Counted from the stretch's first letter, positions 48,224 through 56,848 are shown. The stretch is DNA of 64,000 nt from Cyanobacteriota bacterium (GCA_026389315.1 JAPLIC010000036.1:8048-72047); one strand, 5' to 3'. The notes: generated by a model not told the origin, from the sequence alone. Numbers and translations: made by a program.

Positions 48224-48873
48224 CTTTCATGAATCTCAGAAACTTTTATGGTGCTTTGGTTTTGAGTTCAACCTTGGCAGCAACTCAGTCAATTATTTTT
48301 CCTCGTTGGCCTCAGGCTTCAAAAATCTCTTCAGAAAAATTAAATAATCTTAAAGCCAATCTTATGTCTGATCGATATGTTTTACAACCTTTGCCAGTAC
48401 GCGTTGAGCATTCAGACTTTAATATTTCGCACACTCCAATTATTGGGTTCACAATTAATTCAAATTCCAAGTTGTATATCACAAATGTCCAAGTACGTGA
48501 TCGAAAAAATCTGCAAGTCTCGTACTTTACAGAATCAATAAAATCTCTTCAATTAACGAATGCTGCGACTCAAAGCAATCAACCTCCTTTCTTCCTCTCT
48601 GATAAAAGTCCAGAAGGTACGACCTTTCAAACCTGCTTAGTTTCAGATAATCCTTCGTCCTATAACGTTGGCGTTAATCAGGATCAACTTACTTTGGCAG
48701 TGGATCAAGCAAAGTCCCTTGAAAAAAATCTTACAATTAAACGCTTTTTTGGTTTTACTCCAAGTCGTCGGTATCAATGCATGTTAATCACACTTAAGAC
48801 TACATTGCCTGCCCAAGAAGATTCTAAGTTGTGGCTTGACTTGCTTACCCATTTTCAAAAAACTTTCAACTGA
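48220..48873 (+). CDS. Exosortase-associated periplasmic protein (cyanoexosortase A-associated type)
   Basis: ATGA-coupled to the exosortase; N-terminal hydrophobic anchor; two Cys (FQTCL...YQCMLITL) and a terminal W helix, as I recall for CrtA-associated proteins. Confidence 0.62.
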   Translation: MTFMNLRNFYGALVLSSTLAATQSIIFPRWPQASKISSEKLNNLKANLMSDRYVLQPLPVRVEHSDFNISHTPIIGFTINSNSKLYITNVQVRDRKNLQVSYFTESIKSLQLTNAATQSNQPPFFLSDKSPEGTTFQTCLVSDNPSSYNVGVNQDQLTLAVDQAKSLEKNLTIKRFFGFTPSRRYQCMLITLKTTLPAQEDSKLWLDLLTHFQKTFN

Positions 48874-48887
48874 ATGCATTGATCATC

Positions 48888-49418
48888 ATGTCATTTTGGA
48901 AAAAATTACAAAGAAGTTTAAGTCAACCAACTAAGCCTGTATTTTCTGAGGATCCCTTATTCAATCAGCCTCTAATGTATAGCTGGATATTGAATCATCA
49001 GTTGGCCATAGGGCCTATGCCTCGGAGAACATTTCAATGGAATCAGTTGGAAGATGTAGGATTTAAGACTAGATTTAGCTGTTGTTATCCCCAAGAAAAT
49101 GTTTTTGCACCGATTCCAAGTGATTGGTCCTCTGCAAATATTCCTTTGCCAGATCATCGACAGCAGGAGTCATTGGATATCGATAAACTAAGACTGGCTT
49201 TAAGCACTGCAGAAGAGTTAGTGATTAGTTCATCTCCTGTTTATTTGCATTGCTTTGCAGGACAAGAAAGATCATCATTATTAGCTGTCGGGCTGACTGC
49301 AAAATTCAAAAAAATAGATGTTTTTACAGCTTTAGAATGGGTAAGACGCTGTCATCCTATATCTTCACCAATTTATGAGCATCTTGAAATGCTAGAAGTA
49401 ATCTTACAAAATATATGA
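48888..49418 (+). CDS. Dual-specificity (CX5R) phosphatase
   Basis: VYLHCFAGQERS P-loop (His at 49248), acid loop PLPDH, N-terminal SWIL..LAIGPMP and ALEWVRRCHP. Confidence 0.88.
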   Translation: MSFWKKLQRSLSQPTKPVFSEDPLFNQPLMYSWILNHQLAIGPMPRRTFQWNQLEDVGFKTRFSCCYPQENVFAPIPSDWSSANIPLPDHRQQESLDIDKLRLALSTAEELVISSSPVYLHCFAGQERSSLLAVGLTAKFKKIDVFTALEWVRRCHPISSPIYEHLEMLEVILQNI

Positions 49419-49445
49419 ACATAGGATAATATATTATTTCAATAT

Positions 49446-51875
49446 TTATTTTTTATAACGTTGTAAAATTTTTGTCATCCAATTGCTTCGGTTTGATTTT
49501 TTAATGCGAGTAGATGTTGGCAAGTCATAGTTTGATGCTTTCTCAGCCGCTGGTTTATCTATCCTTAAATCATTGGCAGATGTTCCGGCGTTAACATAGC
49601 GCTTAATGCCTGAATCTTTATTAACGTAATTGCTTGTATAAGCATAAGCATAATGATAGTAATAGCCATATTCATAGCCATAATCATTAAGGCGGCTTGG
49701 GAAATTAACTTGGTTACAGATGACACCCAAGAGATCAACTCCGGTTGCCTTGATTCGACGTGATGCTTGTGGGGCAAGATTACGGCTTCCTTTTCCAAGC
49801 CCAACTAGAAAAAGAATACCATCTAATTTTTCACCTAAAAGAATTGGATCAGAGAGCATTGAACATGGTGGCGTATCAAAAAGAATAATGTCATAATCTG
49901 TCATTGCCCTTAACTCATTAATTACCTCAGTGCATCTGTTGGAATTCAAAAGCTTGGCAGGATCGGGTGGCTTTGGACCGGCTGGGAGAATATCAAGATT
50001 ATCTTGAATGTTGATAAAAAGTGAACTTGTTGGTATATTTGAATTAGACAAAACGGATGAAAAGCCTTCACCAGAAGCAACCCCAAAATATCGCGTTTGC
50101 ATTGGCAGACGCATGTCAGCATCAACAACGAGGACTTTTAAGCCAAGATCTGATAAGGTTCGTGCAAAAATACTTACGGATGTTGATTTACCCTCGCCTT
50201 GACTCGATGATGTGACACCTACCAGTCTAATGTTATGGTCTGCTCTTAATAAGCGAAAAGTTGTGAAGAGGCTGCGCAGCGATTCTTTGATCGCAAATCT
50301 TTCGCTTGTGGTCATCTTAGAAATGCTCGTAGTAATGTCAACCCCGGGCTCTAAAGGTAGGTAGGGAATCAGACCCAATACGGGTAATTGTAGTTCTTTT
50401 TCTACTTCCATGGGAGTATGATAAACATTGTCTGTTTTTTCGCGAAGCATTGCAGCCCCAACACCAGAGAGTAGGCCAAGTAACAGAGCTTGCAAAATAC
50501 TTTTTTTAATATCGGGCTCAACTGGGGTATCTCCAAAATTAGGGGGAGAAATGATTTGCCAGGGTGTGATGAAACGCGAGCGTTCTAACCTAAAGTTTTC
50601 CTTGGCTTTAAGATAGGATGTGTAGTTATTTCTTGCCTCAGCTAGCTTTGATGTTATTTTTTCATATTCTCTTAAAATTTTTGGACTATTTTTAAAATTA
50701 CGATTGTAGAGCATAATTTGTCTGTTCACTTCATCTTGCTGAGATTTGTTCGCAAACAATTGAACGCGAATAGAATCTGCTTTTTGTGACTCTACAATTG
50801 GGAGCAGGGCGTTTTTCCTGGCAAGAATTGATTGAACAACCGGAGAATCTTCTTTATATGTCGCCCGGGCTTGGGCGAGTTGCGTTTCGAAATCATTTAA
50901 CTGGTCTGAAGGCGTTTTAATTATGCCTGTATTGCCCTCTGTTTTTTCTTGTCTACCAGGAATGAGTGCCACACTGTTCCCTAGTTGATCAATGGCAGAT
51001 GGGGCACCACTTGGAGTAAAAGTTAGGCGGCCTGACTTGACAGAGTTGAGTTGACTTTCAAGTTGAGCTTGCTCAAGTTGTAGGTTTTGCCATTCATTGG
51101 CGAGGGTATTTCGACGATTTTCAATTGTTGAAACCATAGCAATCGGATCCATCATTTTATTGGCTTCGCGGAAGCGGCTGAGTTGGTTTTCCAGTGTGGC
51201 CACTTCCCGTAAAATTGCGGGGGCTTGTTGATCAAGATATTTGACCCCAGAGGTAATGGTTGCTTGACGCTGAGAGAGCGAAAAGGCAACATAATCGTTG
51301 GCCAGTGCAGAAAGCACTGCTTTCCCCTTGGCGGGATCTGGCCAGCGTAGTGTAACTTGAATTACATTTTGAACACCTGCCGTCTCCATGCTAAGATTTT
51401 CGGCAATCTCTTCATTCGATAGCCCAAGTCTGGTTGCTACGGGAGAAGTTAAGTAAGGGCTGCGCAGAAGTACGATCAGACTGGGAACATCAATTCTTTG
51501 CTTGTACCGTGCAATGGCTTCTAATTTCCCTCCGTCTCCTGATACCGGCGAACTACTTTCGTCAAATGGGCTGCTTATTTGAAGCTGGAAAGTACCTTGG
51601 TAAACAGGGTTGAATATACGTTCTCGAATTGTGTTCAGGGCTAGGGCGCCAGACACAAGTGCTGAAGTGAATAGAAAAAGGGTTTGTCGGCGCTTGATGG
51701 TGCGCAGCAAATTTTGAATGCCACTTTCATTGTTTTCACCAGCGAGGGGCGAGAAGCCCTGTTGGCCTTGCTCGGCTGGTCCGCTTCCCGTAGCACTGGT
51801 ACCCAGGGGCACCATCCCTCCCAACGTTGGGTCACCCCCTGGCGCTGGAAGCAGGGGCGCACCGGCTTGGGTCAC
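49446..51875 (-). CDS. wzc: Polysaccharide co-polymerase / BY tyrosine kinase
   Basis: Two TMs flanking a coiled-coil periplasmic region; Walker A SSQGEGKS, A' VVDADMR, B LFDTPP; Tyr cluster YGYEYGYYYHYAYAYTSNY. Confidence 0.93.
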   Translation of the reverse strand: MTQAGAPLLPAPGGDPTLGGMVPLGTSATGSGPAEQGQQGFSPLAGENNESGIQNLLRTIKRRQTLFLFTSALVSGALALNTIRERIFNPVYQGTFQLQISSPFDESSSPVSGDGGKLEAIARYKQRIDVPSLIVLLRSPYLTSPVATRLGLSNEEIAENLSMETAGVQNVIQVTLRWPDPAKGKAVLSALANDYVAFSLSQRQATITSGVKYLDQQAPAILREVATLENQLSRFREANKMMDPIAMVSTIENRRNTLANEWQNLQLEQAQLESQLNSVKSGRLTFTPSGAPSAIDQLGNSVALIPGRQEKTEGNTGIIKTPSDQLNDFETQLAQARATYKEDSPVVQSILARKNALLPIVESQKADSIRVQLFANKSQQDEVNRQIMLYNRNFKNSPKILREYEKITSKLAEARNNYTSYLKAKENFRLERSRFITPWQIISPPNFGDTPVEPDIKKSILQALLLGLLSGVGAAMLREKTDNVYHTPMEVEKELQLPVLGLIPYLPLEPGVDITTSISKMTTSERFAIKESLRSLFTTFRLLRADHNIRLVGVTSSSQGEGKSTSVSIFARTLSDLGLKVLVVDADMRLPMQTRYFGVASGEGFSSVLSNSNIPTSSLFINIQDNLDILPAGPKPPDPAKLLNSNRCTEVINELRAMTDYDIILFDTPPCSMLSDPILLGEKLDGILFLVGLGKGSRNLAPQASRRIKATGVDLLGVICNQVNFPSRLNDYGYEYGYYYHYAYAYTSNYVNKDSGIKRYVNAGTSANDLRIDKPAAEKASNYDLPTSTRIKKSNRSNWMTKILQRYKK

Positions 51876-52086
51876 GGCAATTCAACTCGACTGTGAGTAA
51901 TTCTAGGTCCAATCCAGGCCCGACTGGTTTCGTTGGTGACCGCTTTGGCTTGCGGGCCTCGGACTCCCCAGTTGGTATCGGTTAAAGTGCCTCAACGAAC
52001 CTGCGGTTTTCGTGAGGAATTCCAGTTTAGACAACTGCTCTCAAGTTCCCTCGCCTGTCCTACCTGCGCTCCGGCGACAGGGTTTG

Positions 52087-53259
52087 ATGCGGTGGGCGGC
52101 CCTCTCTGCGTCAGCTTCCCTTGTGGGCTCCCCCGCGGGCCTTTTCGCGGCTCCGTTGACAGGATCTCTTGTTCTCGCAGACCCAGGCAGCTCGGAGCGA
52201 CGTGTTCACGGCAATCAAGAGCTGCCGCCCAATGTATCCGGGTCTGTTTTGTTGGATCGCACGCAGATGCCTAGGCCGATTCCGACGGCTGGACGATCGC
52301 TTTCGCTCCCAGAACTTTACAGCGATCTCTATACGCTGGGTCCTGGTGATGGATTACAGCTCAATTTTCTGGATCCTGAGGCGAAATCCCTTAATGGTAC
52401 GTTCGGCATCTTGGCGGACGGCACTACGACATTGCCTCTAGTTGGCTCTGTCCAGCTCATTGGTCTAACCATCGGCCAGGCAACCCGTTGGTTGACCTCT
52501 CTTTACTCTAAACAGTTGGTTCGTCCGCAGTTAACTCTGACCCTCACATCTCCCCGGCCGGTAAGGGTTACGATAGTTGGGGAGGTGTCCCGCCCTGGTC
52601 TTTACCCTCTTGGTTCTTTCTCCAATCCGGTGGAGGCTATCCAAACGGCAGGTGGAGTGACTGTGAACGCAGATGTCCGCAACATTCGATTGCGGCGACT
52701 TGCTGGACCCGGAGGTGCTCAAAAAGAGACAACTCTAAATCTTGCTGACTTATTTACCAATGGCAATCAGCTACAAAATCCGGTTTTGTTTGATGGGGAT
52801 ACTGTCGTCGTTTCTCGGTCTATACAACCGATTCCTGAGGAAGTCTTGGCCATAGGCCAAACTAATTTAGCTCCCCTTACCATCAACGTTACCGTGATTG
52901 GGGAGGTAAAGTCGCCTGGATCTCTTGCCTTGCCTGCTAATACCCCACTCATAGAAGCTCTCTTCCGATCGGGAGGAGTGATTCGACGTCGCGCCAAGAT
53001 TAACCGTGTTGAATTGGTGCGTTTCAACCGCAATGGGACCACGACGCGCCAGATTTTTTCCTTTAAGGAGGATTTGCCTGTTTCCAACCTGACTAATCCA
53101 CCTTTGCGCAATGGAGATACTATTATCGTACGCAGCAACATTTATGCTAAAGCTCTCAACTTTTTCAACGATCTATCCGAGCCCTTGAATGCACTTAATT
53201 CTGTATTAAATTATGCTAATTTTTGGAATTACTGGAATGATAATAATAATAACCGTTGA
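52087..53259 (+). CDS. wza: Polysaccharide export protein (OPX/Wza) with SLBB domains
   Basis: YTLGPGD, DGTTTLPLVG, GEVSRPG, AGG, LFDGD, GEVKSPG and LRNGD. Alternative GTG start at 52012. Confidence 0.92.
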   Translation: MRWAALSASASLVGSPAGLFAAPLTGSLVLADPGSSERRVHGNQELPPNVSGSVLLDRTQMPRPIPTAGRSLSLPELYSDLYTLGPGDGLQLNFLDPEAKSLNGTFGILADGTTTLPLVGSVQLIGLTIGQATRWLTSLYSKQLVRPQLTLTLTSPRPVRVTIVGEVSRPGLYPLGSFSNPVEAIQTAGGVTVNADVRNIRLRRLAGPGGAQKETTLNLADLFTNGNQLQNPVLFDGDTVVVSRSIQPIPEEVLAIGQTNLAPLTINVTVIGEVKSPGSLALPANTPLIEALFRSGGVIRRRAKINRVELVRFNRNGTTTRQIFSFKEDLPVSNLTNPPLRNGDTIIVRSNIYAKALNFFNDLSEPLNALNSVLNYANFWNYWNDNNNNR

Positions 53260-53294
53260 CCCTCGCTTATCCTTTGACCCTCCGCTAAGTCCCC

Positions 53295-54533
53295 ATGGAT
53301 GACCATCGCCAAGCCATTAATACAAGGGCCCTTGCGTGGGCCCTGCTCTCCCAGTCCCTCTGGCTACCCCTTGTAGGGATTGATTTTCACGACCGCTGGC
53401 AAGCGGAGACCCGTCGTTCGCGGCCCCTAGCCCTCCCCCAAGCCGAGTTGGCGGCGTCCCTGCCCCCAGCGCCTCTATTAAATCCGGCCGCCCTTGATTC
53501 CATTTCACATGATGCACGATCAAAAATTCCTGCCAGTGGTGTTCTGCTAGGGGCCTCATCGCCCGCGGCCCACGCCCAGGTGGGTCACCTACTTGATGGG
53601 GCTGAGGAAGCCGTCCCATTTGGCCAGGCCACGATGACCCGGCGACCCTTCAAGTTCGCTTTGCAGGCCCCCTCTCCGTCCTCGGCTGGGACAAGGCCCT
53701 CAGCGATTGGTCCCCTCGCCAGCGCCTCCGGCTACGACCTTTTGCAGCGGTCCTTCACGCCTGCGGAGCTCTTGGGAGGGCCTTTGACTCTGCATGATTT
53801 ACGAGCTGCACCGATCCCGTCGGTCGCCCTCTCCGAGCGGGCCCGTCTGGCCCGCTCTTCGGATCCGTTGGCCCCCCTGCCCCAGGCCTGGCGGGAACCC
53901 ATGCGTCGCGCGCTCAACGCCATCAATGTCACCTCGCCCTTGAAGCCCCCTGCCCAGTTGGAGTCAGCCCGAGTGGTCCACGTGCCTTCGATGAAGGTCT
54001 CTCGTGTTACCGCAGTGCCGTTAGCGTTGCAGTCCGACGGCAGCGTTGATCTGCTATCAAAACCGGAAGATCCGGCGGTTCTTGAGGCGATTCGCGGCTG
54101 GAGTGGTCGCCAGGAGCTTCCCGCCTCGGGTCGTGTGGCTCCCGCCATCGTGCATGTGGAACCCCTGAAGGAGCTTCCACCGCTGAGATCAACGGCGGGC
54201 AAGGAGCAGCCTGCTCTCCATGCTTCGGGATCCACTGCGCCTGCCTCGCCGGCTGCTGCCCTTGCTTCCCCTCTCCCAGCGGAAGCGCCTGTACCCAAGT
54301 CTGCGGCCCCTGCCCCTTCAGTCGCTATCCCTCCCGTCTCCGAGCTCCATCGGGACACCGCTGTGCCCCAACCGGCTGAGGCGGCGGCAGCCCCGATTGC
54401 GGCCCCGCAATCAGCAGCCCCTTCACCTGCTCTTTCGGCTCCTGTGGCTCCTGAGCCAGCTCCGGCACAGGGCCCAAGTGTCCCTCAGGCGCTCTCCCCG
54501 GCCCCTCCCTCAGCTCCCCAGCCTGCTTCGTGA
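53295..54533 (+). CDS. Hypothetical protein with an N-terminal hydrophobic segment and a long Pro/Ala-rich C-terminal tail
   Basis: 412 aa ORF filling the gap between wza and the barrel gene; its stop overlaps the next start (GTGA); the last ~105 aa are dominated by P/A/S. Confidence 0.7.
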   Translation: MDDHRQAINTRALAWALLSQSLWLPLVGIDFHDRWQAETRRSRPLALPQAELAASLPPAPLLNPAALDSISHDARSKIPASGVLLGASSPAAHAQVGHLLDGAEEAVPFGQATMTRRPFKFALQAPSPSSAGTRPSAIGPLASASGYDLLQRSFTPAELLGGPLTLHDLRAAPIPSVALSERARLARSSDPLAPLPQAWREPMRRALNAINVTSPLKPPAQLESARVVHVPSMKVSRVTAVPLALQSDGSVDLLSKPEDPAVLEAIRGWSGRQELPASGRVAPAIVHVEPLKELPPLRSTAGKEQPALHASGSTAPASPAAALASPLPAEAPVPKSAAPAPSVAIPPVSELHRDTAVPQPAEAAAAPIAAPQSAAPSPALSAPVAPEPAPAQGPSVPQALSPAPPSAPQPAS

Positions 54534-55219
54534 TGTTCGGCTTTCCTGTTGCCAGGTTGACCATGGGCGTTGCTGTTCTCTTGGCGGCAGCAACCCCAAA
54601 GGTCTTAGCCCAGGGTTTCCAACCCCTGGCACCCTGGAGCCAGGTGGCTCCCCAGGCCCCTGCAGCCTCCTGGACCCCCCTTTCTGATCCCAGAGTCAAT
54701 CCCTCGGCCTTGCCGCCATTGTCTCGGTATGGGGTTATGCCACCAGCCCAACACCCTGAAATGGCTGTTGAAACTGCCATCCCCTCGGTGGACCCTGCAA
54801 CGCTGCCAGGGCCGATTTTTGGCATTGGAACGGGTTACCACGGCTTTGCTGGGGATCGCCCCAGTCCTGTGCTGACCGGGCGCCTTGGGTATGCCTTTGG
54901 TGAAGAATTAGGAATTTCCCTGCGACCGACTTATATTTTCTTGAACAGGGACTTGCAGGGCGTTGATAACAGTGATGGAGCCTTTCAGTTGCCCATCACC
55001 CTTGATTTATTCCCGCGCGCGCTCTTTTCTCCCTATTTCGGGGGGGGGGTGGCCACCAATACCGATACCACCCACGCGACCGATGCCATGCTCACGGGGG
55101 GGATCGACCTGAATCTCCTGCCCAATCTGACCCTGGGCCTGAACGTAAACTATATTTTCCAGACTGCGATTGACGACACTGACTGGGGGGCTATGGCTTT
55201 GCTTTATCTTCGTTTTTAG
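54530..55219 (+). CDS. Small outer-membrane beta-barrel protein
   Basis: Signal peptide (…PKVLA), Pro-rich linker, alternating beta-strands (GRLGYAF, ISLRPTY, SPYFGGGV, LTGGIDL, LTLGLNVNY) and C-terminal BAM signal LYLRF. Confidence 0.75.
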   Translation: MMFGFPVARLTMGVAVLLAAATPKVLAQGFQPLAPWSQVAPQAPAASWTPLSDPRVNPSALPPLSRYGVMPPAQHPEMAVETAIPSVDPATLPGPIFGIGTGYHGFAGDRPSPVLTGRLGYAFGEELGISLRPTYIFLNRDLQGVDNSDGAFQLPITLDLFPRALFSPYFGGGVATNTDTTHATDAMLTGGIDLNLLPNLTLGLNVNYIFQTAIDDTDWGAMALLYLRF

Positions 55220-55271
55220 AATAGGTCGTCGATGGGTTTGAGCATTGATCTGCGATCAAGCTAATCGATGT

Positions 55272-55832
55272 TTAGGCTTCGGCCACGGCTTCAATCGCAG
55301 CAGCAATTTGAACCCGTTGTTCGGCGTCGTAACCCCACCGCTCCAGGAAATCCACGTCTTGCCCTTCGCCCCGGGTGCCGGCCAGCAAGGATTCGAGTCG
55401 CAGCTTGACCAGATTGGGTTCTAGTAAGCGCAGCAAGGCGCTGCTGCGCTCACTGACGCGTTGGGAGGCCTGGGCGGCCACCCTGTCTTGGTTGCGCTCG
55501 TGATGGACGGCCATGGCCGTGCCCATGGCCAGATTCCTGGCGGTGAGATCGACAACCCCCTCCCCCGCCAGACGCAGGCGCTGGATCAGGGCCTCGGGCA
55601 TGCGGTCCAGTACGGGTCCTTCCCCTGCCAACGCCACCACGAAGAACCCGCGCGCCCCATCGCGGCTTGCCACCAATTCCCCGACCCGCTCGCCCAAAAG
55701 CTCATCGCTCAACTCATCCTGCTCCCATTCCTCCAGCCACTGGCTGGCGAGAGCCATGGCTTCTCGAAACCCGATGGGCTTCGCTAGGGGATGGTCTGCA
55801 TGGCTGGGATCGCTGCTCAGGGGGGTGCTCAT
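55272..55832 (-). CDS. Conserved cyanobacterial hypothetical protein
   Basis: 186 aa helical protein with GARGFFV, RNLAMGTAM and FLERWGYDAEQ motifs. Confidence 0.72.
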   Translation of the reverse strand: MSTPLSSDPSHADHPLAKPIGFREAMALASQWLEEWEQDELSDELLGERVGELVASRDGARGFFVVALAGEGPVLDRMPEALIQRLRLAGEGVVDLTARNLAMGTAMAVHHERNQDRVAAQASQRVSERSSALLRLLEPNLVKLRLESLLAGTRGEGQDVDFLERWGYDAEQRVQIAAAIEAVAEA

Positions 55833-55888
55833 GGGCTGCCAGGGGTGGGGGCGGGACGGCAGCCCGGGGGGCTGTCAATGTTGAGGAT

Positions 55889-56848
55889 ATGGATTCCACT
55901 CTCCCTGTTGCCAGCCCCAATGAATTCCGTTCTGGGTTCGTGGCCCTGATCGGGCGTCCGAACGTTGGCAAATCCACCCTTCTCAATCAACTGGTCGGTG
56001 CCAAGGTGGCCATCACCTCCCCTGTGGCCCAGACCACTCGCCATCGGTTGCGGGGCATCCTCACCACCCCTGATGCCCAGATTGTCCTTCTGGATACGCC
56101 TGGGATTCACAAGCCTCACCATCTCTTGGGGGAGCGTTTGGTTCGCAGTGCCCGCACGGCCATTGGCGAAGTGGATCTCGTGTTGTTGTTGTTGGATGGT
56201 TCCCAGCCCCCAGGCGGTGGGGATGCCTTCATTGTCGAGCTGCTGCGCCAGGGTGGCTTCCCCGTCCAGGTCGCCCTCAACAAGAGCGATCAGGTCGATC
56301 CCGATCGGCGTTTGGCCGTGGCAAGGGACTACCGGCAGTTGCTTGATGGCCCTGTCGCTGACCCTATGGAGGGAACCCATGTCCGCCAACCCTGGCCCTT
56401 GCACCTTTGTAGTGCTCTGACTGGCGAGGGCACCGATGCGCTCGTCAAGGCCCTGAGTCGGGCTTTGCCCCTCGGGCCCCACCTCTATCCGGTCGATGCC
56501 GTGACGGATCAGCCCGAGCAGCTCTTACTTGAGGAGCTAATCCGGGAGCAGGTGCTGCAGCACACCCGTGAGGAAGTGCCCCATTCGGTGGCCGTCAGGG
56601 TGGAGCGGATGGTGGACGACGGGCCCAGGTTGGCGGTGCTGGCCACCGTTGTGGTGGAACGCAGCAGCCAGAAGGCCATCGTGATCGGCAAGGGGGGGCA
56701 GATGCTGCGTCGCATCGGTGAGGGGGCCCGGCTGTCCATGCAGAAGCTTTTGGATGGGCCTGTGTATCTGGAACTCTTCGTCAAGGTGGTGCCCCATTGG
56801 CGCCGCAGTCCCACCAGGCTGGCGGAACTTGGCTACAACACCGACTGA
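55889..56848 (+). CDS. era: GTPase Era
   Basis: FRSGFVALIGRPNVGKST, QTTR, DTPG, NKSD, EEVPHS and KH-domain VIGKGG. Confidence 0.96.
   Translation: MDSTLPVASPNEFRSGFVALIGRPNVGKSTLLNQLVGAKVAITSPVAQTTRHRLRGILTTPDAQIVLLDTPGIHKPHHLLGERLVRSARTAIGEVDLVLLLLDGSQPPGGGDAFIVELLRQGGFPVQVALNKSDQVDPDRRLAVARDYRQLLDGPVADPMEGTHVRQPWPLHLCSALTGEGTDALVKALSRALPLGPHLYPVDAVTDQPEQLLLEELIREQVLQHTREEVPHSVAVRVERMVDDGPRLAVLATVVVERSSQKAIVIGKGGQMLRRIGEGARLSMQKLLDGPVYLELFVKVVPHWRRSPTRLAELGYNTD

Larger units (their letters stand above)
17277..55219. other. Variable surface-glycan / exosortase gene island
   Basis: Contiguous sugar-nucleotide, GT, modification, export and sorting genes, mostly much lower in GC than the flanks; no mobility genes seen. 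Confidence 0.85.

Noticed and set aside
53295-54533. Pro/Ala-rich protein as the exosortase substrate
   Set aside because: Its C-terminus lacks the PEP-type motif, TM helix and basic cluster; I found no such sorting signal in any ORF in the window.
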